Assembly (NCBI GenBank): GCA_001782235.1 | Contig: MFOC01000007.1 | Coordinates: forward strand, 251,909-315,908 | Direction: 5' to 3' | From: Candidatus Levybacteria bacterium RIFCSPHIGHO2_02_FULL_40_18 | GTDB taxonomy: Bacteria > Patescibacteriota > Microgenomatia > Levybacterales > GWA1-39-11 | DNA: 64,000 nt | Shown here: positions 27,541 to 37,632 of the stretch, one piece after another | Layout: each line of letters begins with the position of its first letter | Numbering within the stretch: position 1 is the stretch's first letter | The notes under the pieces: model-generated | The model's database searches: none | Seen by the model: only the letters and a program-made list of their open reading frames with translations | What the model was told of the DNA's origin: nothing | Program-made: the position numbers and the translations under genes

Positions 27541-30500
27541 ATGGCGGACAAAAAATCTGGGGTTGACCGACAATATTGGGGAAAGATTGAAAAAGCGCTG
27601 CCCAAGCTCGAGCTTTTATCGATTCAAAAGAACTCTTACGATTGGTTTATTCGTGAAGGAATTCGTGAAGTAATTGACGAAATTTCGCCAATTGAAGACT
27701 TTACCGGGAAAAATTGGGAACTTTCACTTGGCGATTACAAACTCTCAGAACCTAAAATCACAGAAGCCCAAGCCATATCAAAAGGCTTAACATACTTTTC
27801 TCCTCTGACGGTTGAAGCAACGTTAATCAATAAAAAAACAGGAAAGAAAGTTTCTCAGAATGTTTTCTTGGGGGAAATCCCAAAAATGACAGATCGCGGA
27901 ACATTTATCATTAATGGAATAGATCGCGTTATAGTAAGTCAAATTGTTCGCTCTCCGGGAGTATTCTTCACAGCAACTGAAGATCCGATAACGGGGAAAA
28001 CTCTATATACGGGAGAAATGAGGCCGGTTCATGGATCTTGGCTTGAATTTTCAACAACAAGAACAGACATGATAGTTGTCCGAATTGATAGGCGAAAAAA
28101 GTTTTTAGCTTCAGTTTTCTTGAAAGCATTGGGTATCCCAAGCAATGAAGAAATTTATGAAAGATTTAAAGGGCTCCGACCCGGAGAGTCTCCCGACTCA
28201 GAAAGAGAAGGCTCCGCCCCGGAGGGAGTAGAGATGTCGGAAACTTACATAAAAAACACTATCGAAAAAGACGATACTCGAGGCGAAGCGGACGCTTTAA
28301 TTGAGATATTTAAGAAGATGAATCCGGGAGAGCCTGTTGTTATAGATACAATTAGACAAAACTTCCGCGATTCCTTTTTTGACAGAAGAAGATATGACCT
28401 ATCACGTGTCGGAAGGTACAAGGTAAACAAAAAACTTTCCCAAATTCCAAGTTTTGTCCCACAAGAAAGCTATACATTAACGGTTAATGATGTTTTGGGG
28501 ATTACATCCTATCTTATTGGTTTGTCCCAAGGCAATGGGAAAATTGACGATATAGATCATTTGGCAAACAGGCGCATCCGGTCGGTTGGAGAACTTGTCC
28601 AAACAACAGCTTTTCGCGTGGGGGCGCTTAGGCTCGAGCGAATTATTAAAGAAAAAATGAGCCTTGCCTCAACCGAAGAGCAATATTTACCCTCCCACTT
28701 TATTAATGCCCATCCGATAATTGCGGCAATTAATGAATTTTTCAGAACTTCACAGCTCTCGGCAATTCTTGACCAGACAAATCCATTATCCGAGATCGAC
28801 AACATAAGACGTTTAACAGTTATGGGTACGGGAGGAATATCAAGGGAACGCGCCTCTTTCTCAATTCGTGATATAAACTCTTCCCAGTACTCAAGAATTT
28901 GCCCGGTCAGATCCCCCGAGGGCCCCAATATTGGTTTGGTTACATATCTTGCCCTTTATGCAAGAGTAAACGATTACGGGTTTCTTGAAGCGCCGTATAA
29001 AAAGGTTATAAAAGAAAAAAAGGGCAGAAAAGAGATTTCAAAAATTACTTCCGAAATAGTTTATATGGACGCAGGAGAAGAGGCAGATCATTATGTAACG
29101 CATGCCGATATTAGAATTGACCCTCGCGGCTATATTTTAGATGATCTTGTTCCGGCAAGATATAATGGAGAGTATCTTGAGGTAGAAAAAGAGAAAATCG
29201 AATTTATTGACGTTATCCCAAGGCAGGTTGTGGGAACCTCTGCCGCACTTATTCCATTTATAGATCATGACGAAGCAAATCGCGCACTAATGGGTACTCA
29301 TATGCAGTGCCAGGCAGTGCCTCTTGTCCGAAGCGAGAGCCCGATCATTGGAACAGGCATGGAGGCAACCGTATCGCAAGCTATGTCAAGAGTGATAAGG
29401 GCTCCATTTGATGGACAAGTAGCTTATATTGATGCAAATCGCGTTATATTAAAAGGGAGAGGTCGTGGTCAGGAAGAAACTTTTACGATAAATAAATTTA
29501 AGAGAACTTCAAACAATACTTTATTCAATCAAAAACCTGTTGTAGTTTCCGGTCAGCGCGTTAAGAAAGGAGATATTTTAATAGACGGACCGGCTTCTAA
29601 AAATGGGGAATTGGCTTTGGGAAAAAACTTGGTTATTGCCTATGCGTCTTTTGACGGGCTTGGGTACGAGGATGCCATTGTAATCTCAGACAGACTTGTT
29701 CGTGATGATTCTCTTACCTCCGTTCATATAGAAAAATACGAAGCAACGGTTGTTGACACGAAACTTGGGCCTGAGGAGACTACGCGGGATATCCCAAATG
29801 TTGCGGAGGAGGACCTTGCAAACCTTGATGAGGACGGCATTGTTGTAGTTGGGTCAGAAGTCAAGCCGGGAGACATCTTGGTTGGAAAAATTGCCCCAAA
29901 GGGCGAGACGGAATTAACTGCGGAGGAAAGACTACTCCGTGCAATCTTTGGGGAAAAAGCAAGGGAAGTCCGCGACACTTCTCTTCGAATGCCGCACGGC
30001 GAGCATGGAATCGTTACAAATGTTCAAATTCTTGATCGCGCCCGCGGAGATGAACTTGAGCCCGGAACAATACGAAAAATCCAAATTGAAGTTGCACAAA
30101 TCAGACATGTTGTAGTAGGAGATAAACTTGCCGGTCGTCATGGGAATAAGGGGGTTATTTCAAAAATAGTTCCTGAGGCCGATATGCCATATCTTGAAGA
30201 TGGGGTGCCGGTTGATATTATTATTTCCCCAATATCAGTTTTGGGTCGTATGAATCTTGGTCAGCTTCTTGAGGCACATCTTGGCCTTGCGGCAAAAAAA
30301 CTAAATATGGAAATTGCGCTTCCGGTTTTTGAGAAGATGAGCGAAGAACAATACCTAGATCTTTTGAAAAAAGCAAAGCTCCCGGTTAATGGAAAGATGA
30401 AGCTTTATGATGCAAGGACGGGGGAGCCATATGAGAATGATGTAGTCGTTGGAATTGGATATATTATGAAACTTATCCACATGGTTGAGGATAAAGCTCA

Positions 30501-30951
30501 CGCACGGTCAACCGGCCCGTACTCTCTTGTCACTCAACAGCCGCTCGGAGGGAAAGCTCAGATGGGAGGACAGCGTCTTGGAGAAATGGAAGTATGGGCA
30601 CTTGAAGCACACCGGGCAGCATATTCACTTCAGGAAATGTTGACAATAAAAAGCGATGATGTTTCGGGACGAGCTCGCGCTTTTGAAGCAATTATTAAGT
30701 CTGTTGATATTCCAACTCCAAAAGTTCCGGAATCGTTTAAAGTTTTAATTAGGGAATTACAGTCACTGTCTCTTAATATAATACCTGAACAGGCAGTGAT
30801 AGTAGAAGAAAAAGAAGATGAGATGACAGAACGTCAGGAAGAAATAAGAGAGGAGGCAAAAGAGCTTCAAAAGGAGCTCTCAGGCATTGAGGTAACCTCG
30901 GAATCTGAGGCCGTTCGATCATTAGGAGAAGAAGAGATTCCGCAGGGGTAA
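27541..30951 (+). CDS. rpoB: RNA polymerase beta subunit
   Basis: SPEGPNIGL, DEANRALMG, GDKLAGRHGNKG, GGQRLGEMEVWALEA. Confidence 0.99.
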   Translation: MADKKSGVDRQYWGKIEKALPKLELLSIQKNSYDWFIREGIREVIDEISPIEDFTGKNWELSLGDYKLSEPKITEAQAISKGLTYFSPLTVEATLINKKTGKKVSQNVFLGEIPKMTDRGTFIINGIDRVIVSQIVRSPGVFFTATEDPITGKTLYTGEMRPVHGSWLEFSTTRTDMIVVRIDRRKKFLASVFLKALGIPSNEEIYERFKGLRPGESPDSEREGSAPEGVEMSETYIKNTIEKDDTRGEADALIEIFKKMNPGEPVVIDTIRQNFRDSFFDRRRYDLSRVGRYKVNKKLSQIPSFVPQESYTLTVNDVLGITSYLIGLSQGNGKIDDIDHLANRRIRSVGELVQTTAFRVGALRLERIIKEKMSLASTEEQYLPSHFINAHPIIAAINEFFRTSQLSAILDQTNPLSEIDNIRRLTVMGTGGISRERASFSIRDINSSQYSRICPVRSPEGPNIGLVTYLALYARVNDYGFLEAPYKKVIKEKKGRKEISKITSEIVYMDAGEEADHYVTHADIRIDPRGYILDDLVPARYNGEYLEVEKEKIEFIDVIPRQVVGTSAALIPFIDHDEANRALMGTHMQCQAVPLVRSESPIIGTGMEATVSQAMSRVIRAPFDGQVAYIDANRVILKGRGRGQEETFTINKFKRTSNNTLFNQKPVVVSGQRVKKGDILIDGPASKNGELALGKNLVIAYASFDGLGYEDAIVISDRLVRDDSLTSVHIEKYEATVVDTKLGPEETTRDIPNVAEEDLANLDEDGIVVVGSEVKPGDILVGKIAPKGETELTAEERLLRAIFGEKAREVRDTSLRMPHGEHGIVTNVQILDRARGDELEPGTIRKIQIEVAQIRHVVVGDKLAGRHGNKGVISKIVPEADMPYLEDGVPVDIIISPISVLGRMNLGQLLEAHLGLAAKKLNMEIALPVFEKMSEEQYLDLLKKAKLPVNGKMKLYDARTGEPYENDVVVGIGYIMKLIHMVEDKAHARSTGPYSLVTQQPLGGKAQMGGQRLGEMEVWALEAHRAAYSLQEMLTIKSDDVSGRARAFEAIIKSVDIPTPKVPESFKVLIRELQSLSLNIIPEQAVIVEEKEDEMTERQEEIREEAKELQKELSGIEVTSESEAVRSLGEEEIPQG

Positions 30952-30953
30952 AA

Positions 30954-30999
30954 AATCGGGGCCCCCATTTTGCTTGCCAAAATGGGGAAAAACATTATG
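30954..30999 (+). repeat. Hairpin element family F ending in the rpoC start codon
   Basis: aatcggggcccccattttgcttgccaaaatggggaaaaacattATG; near-identical at 60634-60681 and similar at 57128-57177. Confidence 0.88.
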
Positions 31000-33900
31000 G
31001 ACGATAAAAATCTTAGGAGGGACAAAAAATTTGATGCAATAAATATTGCAGACTTTAAAGGTCTTAGAATCTTAGTTGCAGAACCTGAGAATATAAGACA
31101 GTATTCGTATGGCGAGGTCACGAAACCTGAGACGATTAACTATAGAACATATAGACCTGAGAAGGACGGACTTTTTGATGAAAGAATCTTTGGTCCCACT
31201 CGAGACTTTGAATGTTATTGTGGAAAATACAAAAGAATTAGATACAAAGGAATAATTTGTGATAGATGTGGCGTTGAGGTTACATACTCGAGGGTAAGGC
31301 GTGAGCGAATGGGGCATATATCCCTTGCCTCACCGGTTGTCCACATCTGGTTTTCAAAAGGAAGTCCGTCAAAGCTTTCTACCCTCCTTGATATCCCTCA
31401 AAAAGATTTAGAATCGGTAATATATTTTGCCTCTTATTTAGTCATTAAAATGGACGAAGACAAGAGGAAGGAAGCACAAAAAGCTATATCTAAAATTAAA
31501 GAAGAACGAATAAAAAGCTTAAAAGATCAGGCGGCTTCGGAATTAAAAACCCTAGAGAAAGAAGAGCGCGAGCGCGTGAAGGATGTAAAAAAGAGTCTTT
31601 CGAAGGAGCAGAAAGAGCTTGTTCTTGAGGAAACAGATATCGCATACAAGCAGAAAAAGAATCTTCTTGAAAAAAGAGTCGAAACCGAGGTGGCAAGAAC
31701 AGAAGAGATATTTGTGAGGGTAAGTGAAATTATCAAGGGGCTTAAGATTTGGAATGTTCTCTCAGAAGAAGAGTATGTGAGACTTATTGAATATGATATT
31801 CCCCTATTCTTTGAAGTAGAAACAGGGGCCTCGGCTGTGCTCCATGCGATTGAATCAATAGACTTTTCAAAACTTATCGGAGAGTTACGGGAAGAGGTAG
31901 CAAAATCCACAAGCCAAAAGCAATTGAAACTCATGAAGAGACAGCATCTAATTGAGTCTATGAATGCGGCAGGTTTTAAGCCAACCGCTTTAGTTCTTGA
32001 AGTTCTTCCGGTTCTACCGCCTGATCTTCGCCCCATGGTCCAGCTAAACGGCGGCAGATTTGCAACATCGGACCTTAATGATTTGTATCGCCGCGTTATC
32101 AACAGGAATAATAGGCTTAAGCATCTCATATCTTTGGGCGCGCCCGAAATAATACTTCGAAATGAAAAAAGAATGTTGCAGGAGTCTGTTGATTACCTTA
32201 TAGATACCTCCATCAGAACGTCTCAGACCCAGAAACAATTTAAGTCTCTTTCAGATATTCTTCGTGGCAAACAGGGAAGATTTAGAAAGAATCTTCTTGG
32301 AAAGAGAGTTGATTATTCGGGACGTTCTGTCATCATTGTTGGTCCCGAGCTCACACTTAATCAATGTGGTCTTCCAAAAGAAATGGCGCTTGAATTGTTT
32401 AAGCCGTTTGTAATTCGTGAAGTTATCTCGCGCGGTTTAACAACGCCCAATGTAAAAGCAGCAAAAAGATTTATAGAAAGAAGAAGTCCTGAGATTTTCG
32501 ATATTTTAGAGGAAATTACAAAGAATCATCCCGTGCTTTTAAACCGTGCCCCAACTCTTCATAAACTTGGCATGCAGGCATTTTATCCGGTTCTTGTTGA
32601 AGGATCTGCCATAAAGATTCATCCCTGTGTCTGCGCCGGGTACAATGCCGATTTTGACGGAGACCAGATGGCAATTCACGTACCGCTCTCATCTCGCGCA
32701 CAAGAGGAAGCAATTAACCTCATGATGCCGGCTCACAACCTTTTAAAACCTGCGGACGGCGCACCTATCACTCTTCCGAATAAGGAAATGGCGCTTGGAG
32801 CATTCTATCTGACAAGCGTTGACGAGAGACTTAGGCCGCAAGATGGCAATCTTCATATTTTTTCTGATGAAAAGGAAGCTTATCTTGCTTTTTCGCTTAA
32901 GAAAATTTCACTTCGCGGGCCCATAAGAGTAAAGATAAATGGCGAGGTTATTGAAACTACAATAGGAAGAATAATTTTTAATGAGAAATTGCCGCAAGAA
33001 ATGAAATTCATAAATTATGAAGTAAAAGCCTCAACGATTAAAAATCTCGTAACGCAAGCAATGGTGAATCTTACATCTTCTGAAGTCGCAAATCTTATTG
33101 ATAATCTTAAAGAGATCGGTTTTTATGCTGCAACAATTTCTGGAATATCTATTTCTACTTTTGATTTAAAGAGGCTTCTTAACAAAGAAGAATTAATTGC
33201 CGAGGCGGAAGAAAAAATTAAAGAGATAGATGAGGAGTACCAAAACGGTCTTATTACAAATCTTGAGCAGCGAAGGCTTTCTAATAACGTTTGGCTTGAC
33301 ATTACAGATAAAATGGCAAATCTTACCTGGGAGTTGTTTGATAAGAACGATATTGTTAGAATCATTGCGGAATCGGGTGGTGCGAGAGCAGGTAAAGATC
33401 AGATCAAGCAGCTTGCAGCAATGCGTGGATTGATTTATGATCCCTTGGGACGAATCGTTGAGCTTCCGATAAAATCTAATTTCCGAGAAGGACTTTCGAT
33501 CTTTGAATATGTTAATTCTGCCCGCGGTTCAAGAAAGGGACTGACAGATTCGGCACTGAAAACCGCAGACGCCGGATATTTAACCCGCCGCTTGGTAGAC
33601 GTTGCGCATGATGTAATAATTCGGAAAGATAATTGTCAGGTTGATGAAGGGATTGTTGTTCAGAGACGAGATGACGAGTCATACATGACAAGTATGCTGC
33701 TCGGCCGCGTGGCTTTGCGTGATGTGACAAGCAAAAAAGACAAGAAGACAATAGCCAAAAAAGGTTCTGAGATTGACTATGAGGTACTCCATAAAATAAT
33801 TAAAGACGATAGTATAGGCGAAATATCCGTTCGTTCTCCTCTTTATTGTAAACTGCGTTATGGCGTTTGCGCCACATGCTACGGTTGGGATCTGTCATCT

Positions 33901-34767
33901 TATAAACGAGCAGATAAAGGAACTCCGGTTGGTGTTATTGCCGCACAAAGCATTGGAGAACCTGGGACTCAGCTTACAATGAGAGTAAAACATTTTGGAG
34001 GAGTTGTTATGTCCGACGTAACACAAGGGTTGCCTCGCGTTGAGGAATTATTTGAAGTAAGGCGGCCAAAGATCTTGGCGCCAATTGCTGAGATCTCAGG
34101 GAAAGTTCAGGTAAACAAGGTGGAAGATGGATATGTAATTAGAATTCGAAATTCCCGTGCAAAAATCGTTGACGAGAGAGAATATTTTGCACCTTTGACC
34201 GCAACACTTCTTGTGTCAGATGGAGAAACTATTGCACAAGGAACACAGTTATGCGAAGGATATCTTGATCCAAGAGATGTTCTTAAGATTTCGGGACTCA
34301 GATCGGCTCAGCAGTACCTAATTTCGCAGATCCAAGGCGTCTATGAGTCTCAAGGAATTTCCATTCACTACAAACATTTTGAGACCATAGTACGTAAAAT
34401 GTCAGATAAAGTTATGATCGAGACTCCGGGAGACACATCCTTAATGCCTGGAGATCTGGCTTCAAAACTTCGCTTTGAAGAGGAGAATGCGAATGTCATT
34501 TCTGAGGGAGGGGAACCCGCATCTGCTCGAGAAATAGTCCTTGGAATTACAAAGGCTTCCCTCGTTACAGATTCCTGGCTGTCTGCTGCTTCATTCCAGG
34601 AAACAACCCAGGTATTAACCGAAGCCGCTCTTGAAGGCCGCGTGGATAATTTAGTTGGGCTTAAGGAGAATGTTATAGTTGGACGTCTTATTCCTGTCCG
34701 CGAAGAGTTTATTGAAGGAGACGTCGTTGAGCAAAAGCAGGAATCGAAGCCAATTTCTAATTCCTAA
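30997..34767 (+). CDS. rpoC: RNA polymerase beta' subunit
   Basis: NADFDGDQM, KRVDYSGRSVI, AAQSIGEPGTQL. Confidence 0.99.
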   Translation: MDDKNLRRDKKFDAINIADFKGLRILVAEPENIRQYSYGEVTKPETINYRTYRPEKDGLFDERIFGPTRDFECYCGKYKRIRYKGIICDRCGVEVTYSRVRRERMGHISLASPVVHIWFSKGSPSKLSTLLDIPQKDLESVIYFASYLVIKMDEDKRKEAQKAISKIKEERIKSLKDQAASELKTLEKEERERVKDVKKSLSKEQKELVLEETDIAYKQKKNLLEKRVETEVARTEEIFVRVSEIIKGLKIWNVLSEEEYVRLIEYDIPLFFEVETGASAVLHAIESIDFSKLIGELREEVAKSTSQKQLKLMKRQHLIESMNAAGFKPTALVLEVLPVLPPDLRPMVQLNGGRFATSDLNDLYRRVINRNNRLKHLISLGAPEIILRNEKRMLQESVDYLIDTSIRTSQTQKQFKSLSDILRGKQGRFRKNLLGKRVDYSGRSVIIVGPELTLNQCGLPKEMALELFKPFVIREVISRGLTTPNVKAAKRFIERRSPEIFDILEEITKNHPVLLNRAPTLHKLGMQAFYPVLVEGSAIKIHPCVCAGYNADFDGDQMAIHVPLSSRAQEEAINLMMPAHNLLKPADGAPITLPNKEMALGAFYLTSVDERLRPQDGNLHIFSDEKEAYLAFSLKKISLRGPIRVKINGEVIETTIGRIIFNEKLPQEMKFINYEVKASTIKNLVTQAMVNLTSSEVANLIDNLKEIGFYAATISGISISTFDLKRLLNKEELIAEAEEKIKEIDEEYQNGLITNLEQRRLSNNVWLDITDKMANLTWELFDKNDIVRIIAESGGARAGKDQIKQLAAMRGLIYDPLGRIVELPIKSNFREGLSIFEYVNSARGSRKGLTDSALKTADAGYLTRRLVDVAHDVIIRKDNCQVDEGIVVQRRDDESYMTSMLLGRVALRDVTSKKDKKTIAKKGSEIDYEVLHKIIKDDSIGEISVRSPLYCKLRYGVCATCYGWDLSSYKRADKGTPVGVIAAQSIGEPGTQLTMRVKHFGGVVMSDVTQGLPRVEELFEVRRPKILAPIAEISGKVQVNKVEDGYVIRIRNSRAKIVDEREYFAPLTATLLVSDGETIAQGTQLCEGYLDPRDVLKISGLRSAQQYLISQIQGVYESQGISIHYKHFETIVRKMSDKVMIETPGDTSLMPGDLASKLRFEEENANVISEGGEPASAREIVLGITKASLVTDSWLSAASFQETTQVLTEAALEGRVDNLVGLKENVIVGRLIPVREEFIEGDVVEQKQESKPISNS

Positions 34768-34927
34768 TTACTAATTAACCTAATCAATCCCCAATTTAAA
34801 AAATTCCCAATTGTTTAGAAATTAGGAATTAGGTCAATTAGACAATTTGCAAACTATACTGCACAACGGAGGAATTAAGGATAGATAGCTAGTAATTTAG
34901 GGAAAAATGAGGTAAAATACGTCAATT

Positions 34928-35350
34928 ATGCCAACACTTAATCAGTTAGTAAGAAAAGGTAGATCACGAAAGTCAAAAAAAGTTAAAGCAACGGGGTTGC
35001 GTACTATCTTTAATGCCAAAATAAGGCGCTATACTCAAGTTCCTTCTCCTCAAAAAAGAGGAGTAGTAACTTTGGTTCGTACAATGACGCCTAAAAAGCC
35101 GAATTCGGCTCTCCGAAAAGTTGCAAGAATCAAACTATCAAATAGAGAGGAAGTTACTGCCTATATTCAAGGCATTGGACACAATTTAGCAGAACACGGG
35201 ATAGTTCTGGTTCGCGGCGGCCGTGTTAAGGACTTGCCGGGAGTAAAATACCATTTGGTTCGCGGCAAGTTTGATCTTGCAGGAGTTGAAGGCCGTAGAA
35301 GTTCAAGAAGCCGTTACGGCACAAAGCGCCCTGGCGCAGCCGCAGCATAG
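34928..35350 (+). CDS. rpsL: 30S ribosomal protein S12
   Basis: [19 protein letters not shown]. Confidence 0.99.
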   Translation: MPTLNQLVRKGRSRKSKKVKATGLRTIFNAKIRRYTQVPSPQKRGVVTLVRTMTPKKPNSALRKVARIKLSNREEVTAYIQGIGHNLAEHGIVLVRGGRVKDLPGVKYHLVRGKFDLAGVEGRRSSRSRYGTKRPGAAAA

Positions 35351-35355
35351 AAAAT

Positions 35356-35832
35356 ATGGCAAGGGGAGGAGCAAATTTTAAAAGGAGAGTACCACAAACT
35401 GACCCAATTTATGGGAACGTTTTAGTGGCAAAATTCATAAATCGCTTAATGCGCAGTGGTAAGAAGTCAGTTGCTCAAAGAGTTGTTTATGATGCATTCG
35501 AGCTACTTAAAAAAGAGGGTGACCCCGTAAATATTTTTGAACAGGCAATTGATACTGTAGGTCCAAAGCAAGAAGTTAAAGCAAGAAGGATTGGGGGGGC
35601 AGCATATCAGGTTCCGCAAGAAGTTCGCGGTCCAAGAAGGGTAGCTTTAGCAATCCGCTGGATTCTTGAAGCAGCAGCAAAAAGACCAACAGCAGAACAC
35701 AAATCATTCGCATCAAAGCTTGCAGCAGAACTTAAGGATGCCTCTCAAAATCTCGGAGAAGCAGTAAGGAAAAGGGACATCGCCCACCGCATGGCCGACG
35801 CAAATAAGGCTTTTGCTCACTTCCGCTGGTAA
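35356..35832 (+). CDS. rpsG: 30S ribosomal protein S7
   Basis: RRIGGAAYQVP, MADANKAFAHFRW. Confidence 0.99.
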   Translation: MARGGANFKRRVPQTDPIYGNVLVAKFINRLMRSGKKSVAQRVVYDAFELLKKEGDPVNIFEQAIDTVGPKQEVKARRIGGAAYQVPQEVRGPRRVALAIRWILEAAAKRPTAEHKSFASKLAAELKDASQNLGEAVRKRDIAHRMADANKAFAHFRW

Positions 35833-35841
35833 ACTCCGGGA

Positions 35842-36936
35842 TTAAATTTCGATTATTTGTTTGGGGGATTTCGTGAGCCTTTCGAGTTTGTTCGATAATA
35901 AATAATCGTCTTCTATTCGGACGCCGCCAAAACCGGGGGTATAAATTCCGGGTTCGATTGTAAAGATCATATCTCGAACAAGTTTGCCTTTCGATTTTGG
36001 TGAAATTCTAGGCTCCTCGTGAACTTCAAGTCCGACTCCATGCCCAAGTCCGTGAGGAATCTGTTCGAAACCGTTCGAGACAATGTAAGCGTTCGCAATT
36101 TTGGCCACCTCGAGAGCTTTTATAGGGGACCTTTGGTGGTATGATCGATCATACCATTTTTTATTGATGCATTCGATTACTTTACGTTGGGCTGTTTGAA
36201 CACTTTCGTACATTTTGCGAGCCTTAGTCGATGCCCTTTTCGTGAGTAGAGTTCTTGTCATGTCAGAACAATAGCCATTTACTTTTGCTCCAAAATCTAA
36301 AAGGACGAACTGATCTTTATTCGTTAGTTTTTTATTCGAAGTCTTGTGATGGGGAATCGCAGAGTTTGGGCCAAATGCGACGATTGGATCAAACGCTAAT
36401 TCGCCTCCATCCTCTTTTATAAACTTCTCGATTTTCCATGCAATTTCTTTTTCGGTTACCCCTGTTTTTATAAGTTTTCGAACTACTTTGAACGTTTTAT
36501 CCGTTAATCGACAAGCTGCTTTAATATTTTTTATTTCTTCAGGATCTTTCACGGCTCTTAAGTTTTCTACAATTTGCTCGACCAAAACGAATTTCTTCCC
36601 GGTTTTATTTCTAAACTTTTTAAGCTCTGCTACGGTGAAGTTGTGTTCGATACCGACTTTTTTTGCCCTCGAAGCCTTAACCTTTTTGAATAGTTCGGTA
36701 TGCAAAAATACACGAACACCTTTCGGCAATTTAGTTCGAACTCCCTCAATATATCTTCCGTCAGTAAATAGCATTATGTTCGTTTCGGCTACAAACAAAT
36801 ATGCCTCCCGTTCTCGCCTTGAAAAAATCGAATAGCCGGTTAAATAGGCAATATTTACAGCACCCGAAATAAGCAGTCCATAAATCTTATTCGGATTTAA
36901 ACTTTTCTGAAGAACTTTCAAACGCTTTTCAAACAT
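35842..36936 (-). CDS. pepP: Xaa-Pro aminopeptidase (M24 family)
   Basis: DFGA..GYCSDMTRT, HGLGHGVGLEVHE, TIEPGIY, GGVRIED. Confidence 0.9.
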   Translation of the reverse strand: MFEKRLKVLQKSLNPNKIYGLLISGAVNIAYLTGYSIFSRREREAYLFVAETNIMLFTDGRYIEGVRTKLPKGVRVFLHTELFKKVKASRAKKVGIEHNFTVAELKKFRNKTGKKFVLVEQIVENLRAVKDPEEIKNIKAACRLTDKTFKVVRKLIKTGVTEKEIAWKIEKFIKEDGGELAFDPIVAFGPNSAIPHHKTSNKKLTNKDQFVLLDFGAKVNGYCSDMTRTLLTKRASTKARKMYESVQTAQRKVIECINKKWYDRSYHQRSPIKALEVAKIANAYIVSNGFEQIPHGLGHGVGLEVHEEPRISPKSKGKLVRDMIFTIEPGIYTPGFGGVRIEDDYLLSNKLERLTKSPKQIIEI

Positions 36937-36944
36937 AGGCACGA

Positions 36945-37514
36945 TTATAGCATTTTACCCTGAACGAGAGTAGGTTTTGAAAATGTAGCCCAAACTGGTC
37001 CCATTGGATCTTGGGGAAGTATAACATCTGCTTCTTCGATGTTAACGAACCCAAATCGTGCATAGGTTCTTCCAGGCCATGTTGATCTTGCCGCGCCTAC
37101 AATATCATGGCTTATATTATAAGTTTGGAAAAATTGTTTGTAATTGTCAGAAGGTTGTTCCCATATATCTACTATGGAGGTAACGTGTTTTCTCATTTCT
37201 TCTAAATACATTAACGCAAATCCTACAAATTCTGCTGCAAACATATCCGGGTGACGTTGTCGGTCATTAAGTCTTCGAGTAATTAATACAAACTCTGCAA
37301 CCCCTTCATCTACGGCTGCTCCCATTACAAAAGTTTCATCACCATGATCGGTAATTGAAATGGAACTGTCATCAAAGAGATACTCCATTCTTCTCCCAGA
37401 TTCTGCAGTGAACTCGCCTGATTTCTTTCCTCCCAATGATAGCTCGAGCAATTGAGCAAATGGAATTCCTTTTTCACCAGCAACAAAGGGGTAAGTAACC
37501 ATTTCAACAGCCAT
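36945..37514 (-). CDS. Hypothetical protein (accessory cassette)
   Basis: 189-aa ORF with its own -10 box; flanked by a 17-18 bp direct repeat. Confidence 0.7.
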   Translation of the reverse strand: MAVEMVTYPFVAGEKGIPFAQLLELSLGGKKSGEFTAESGRRMEYLFDDSSISITDHGDETFVMGAAVDEGVAEFVLITRRLNDRQRHPDMFAAEFVGFALMYLEEMRKHVTSIVDIWEQPSDNYKQFFQTYNISHDIVGAARSTWPGRTYARFGFVNIEEADVILPQDPMGPVWATFSKPTLVQGKML

Positions 37515-37632
37515 AGGCGGATTATAGCTGTTCGATAGGACTTAGGGCAAGCATAGGATTGCAGGAGGAGTGTTTTTTTGGTAAAATAGCTTGATCTGTT
37601 GGAAAGGCAGCAGATTTTTTTTGACCAAAATT

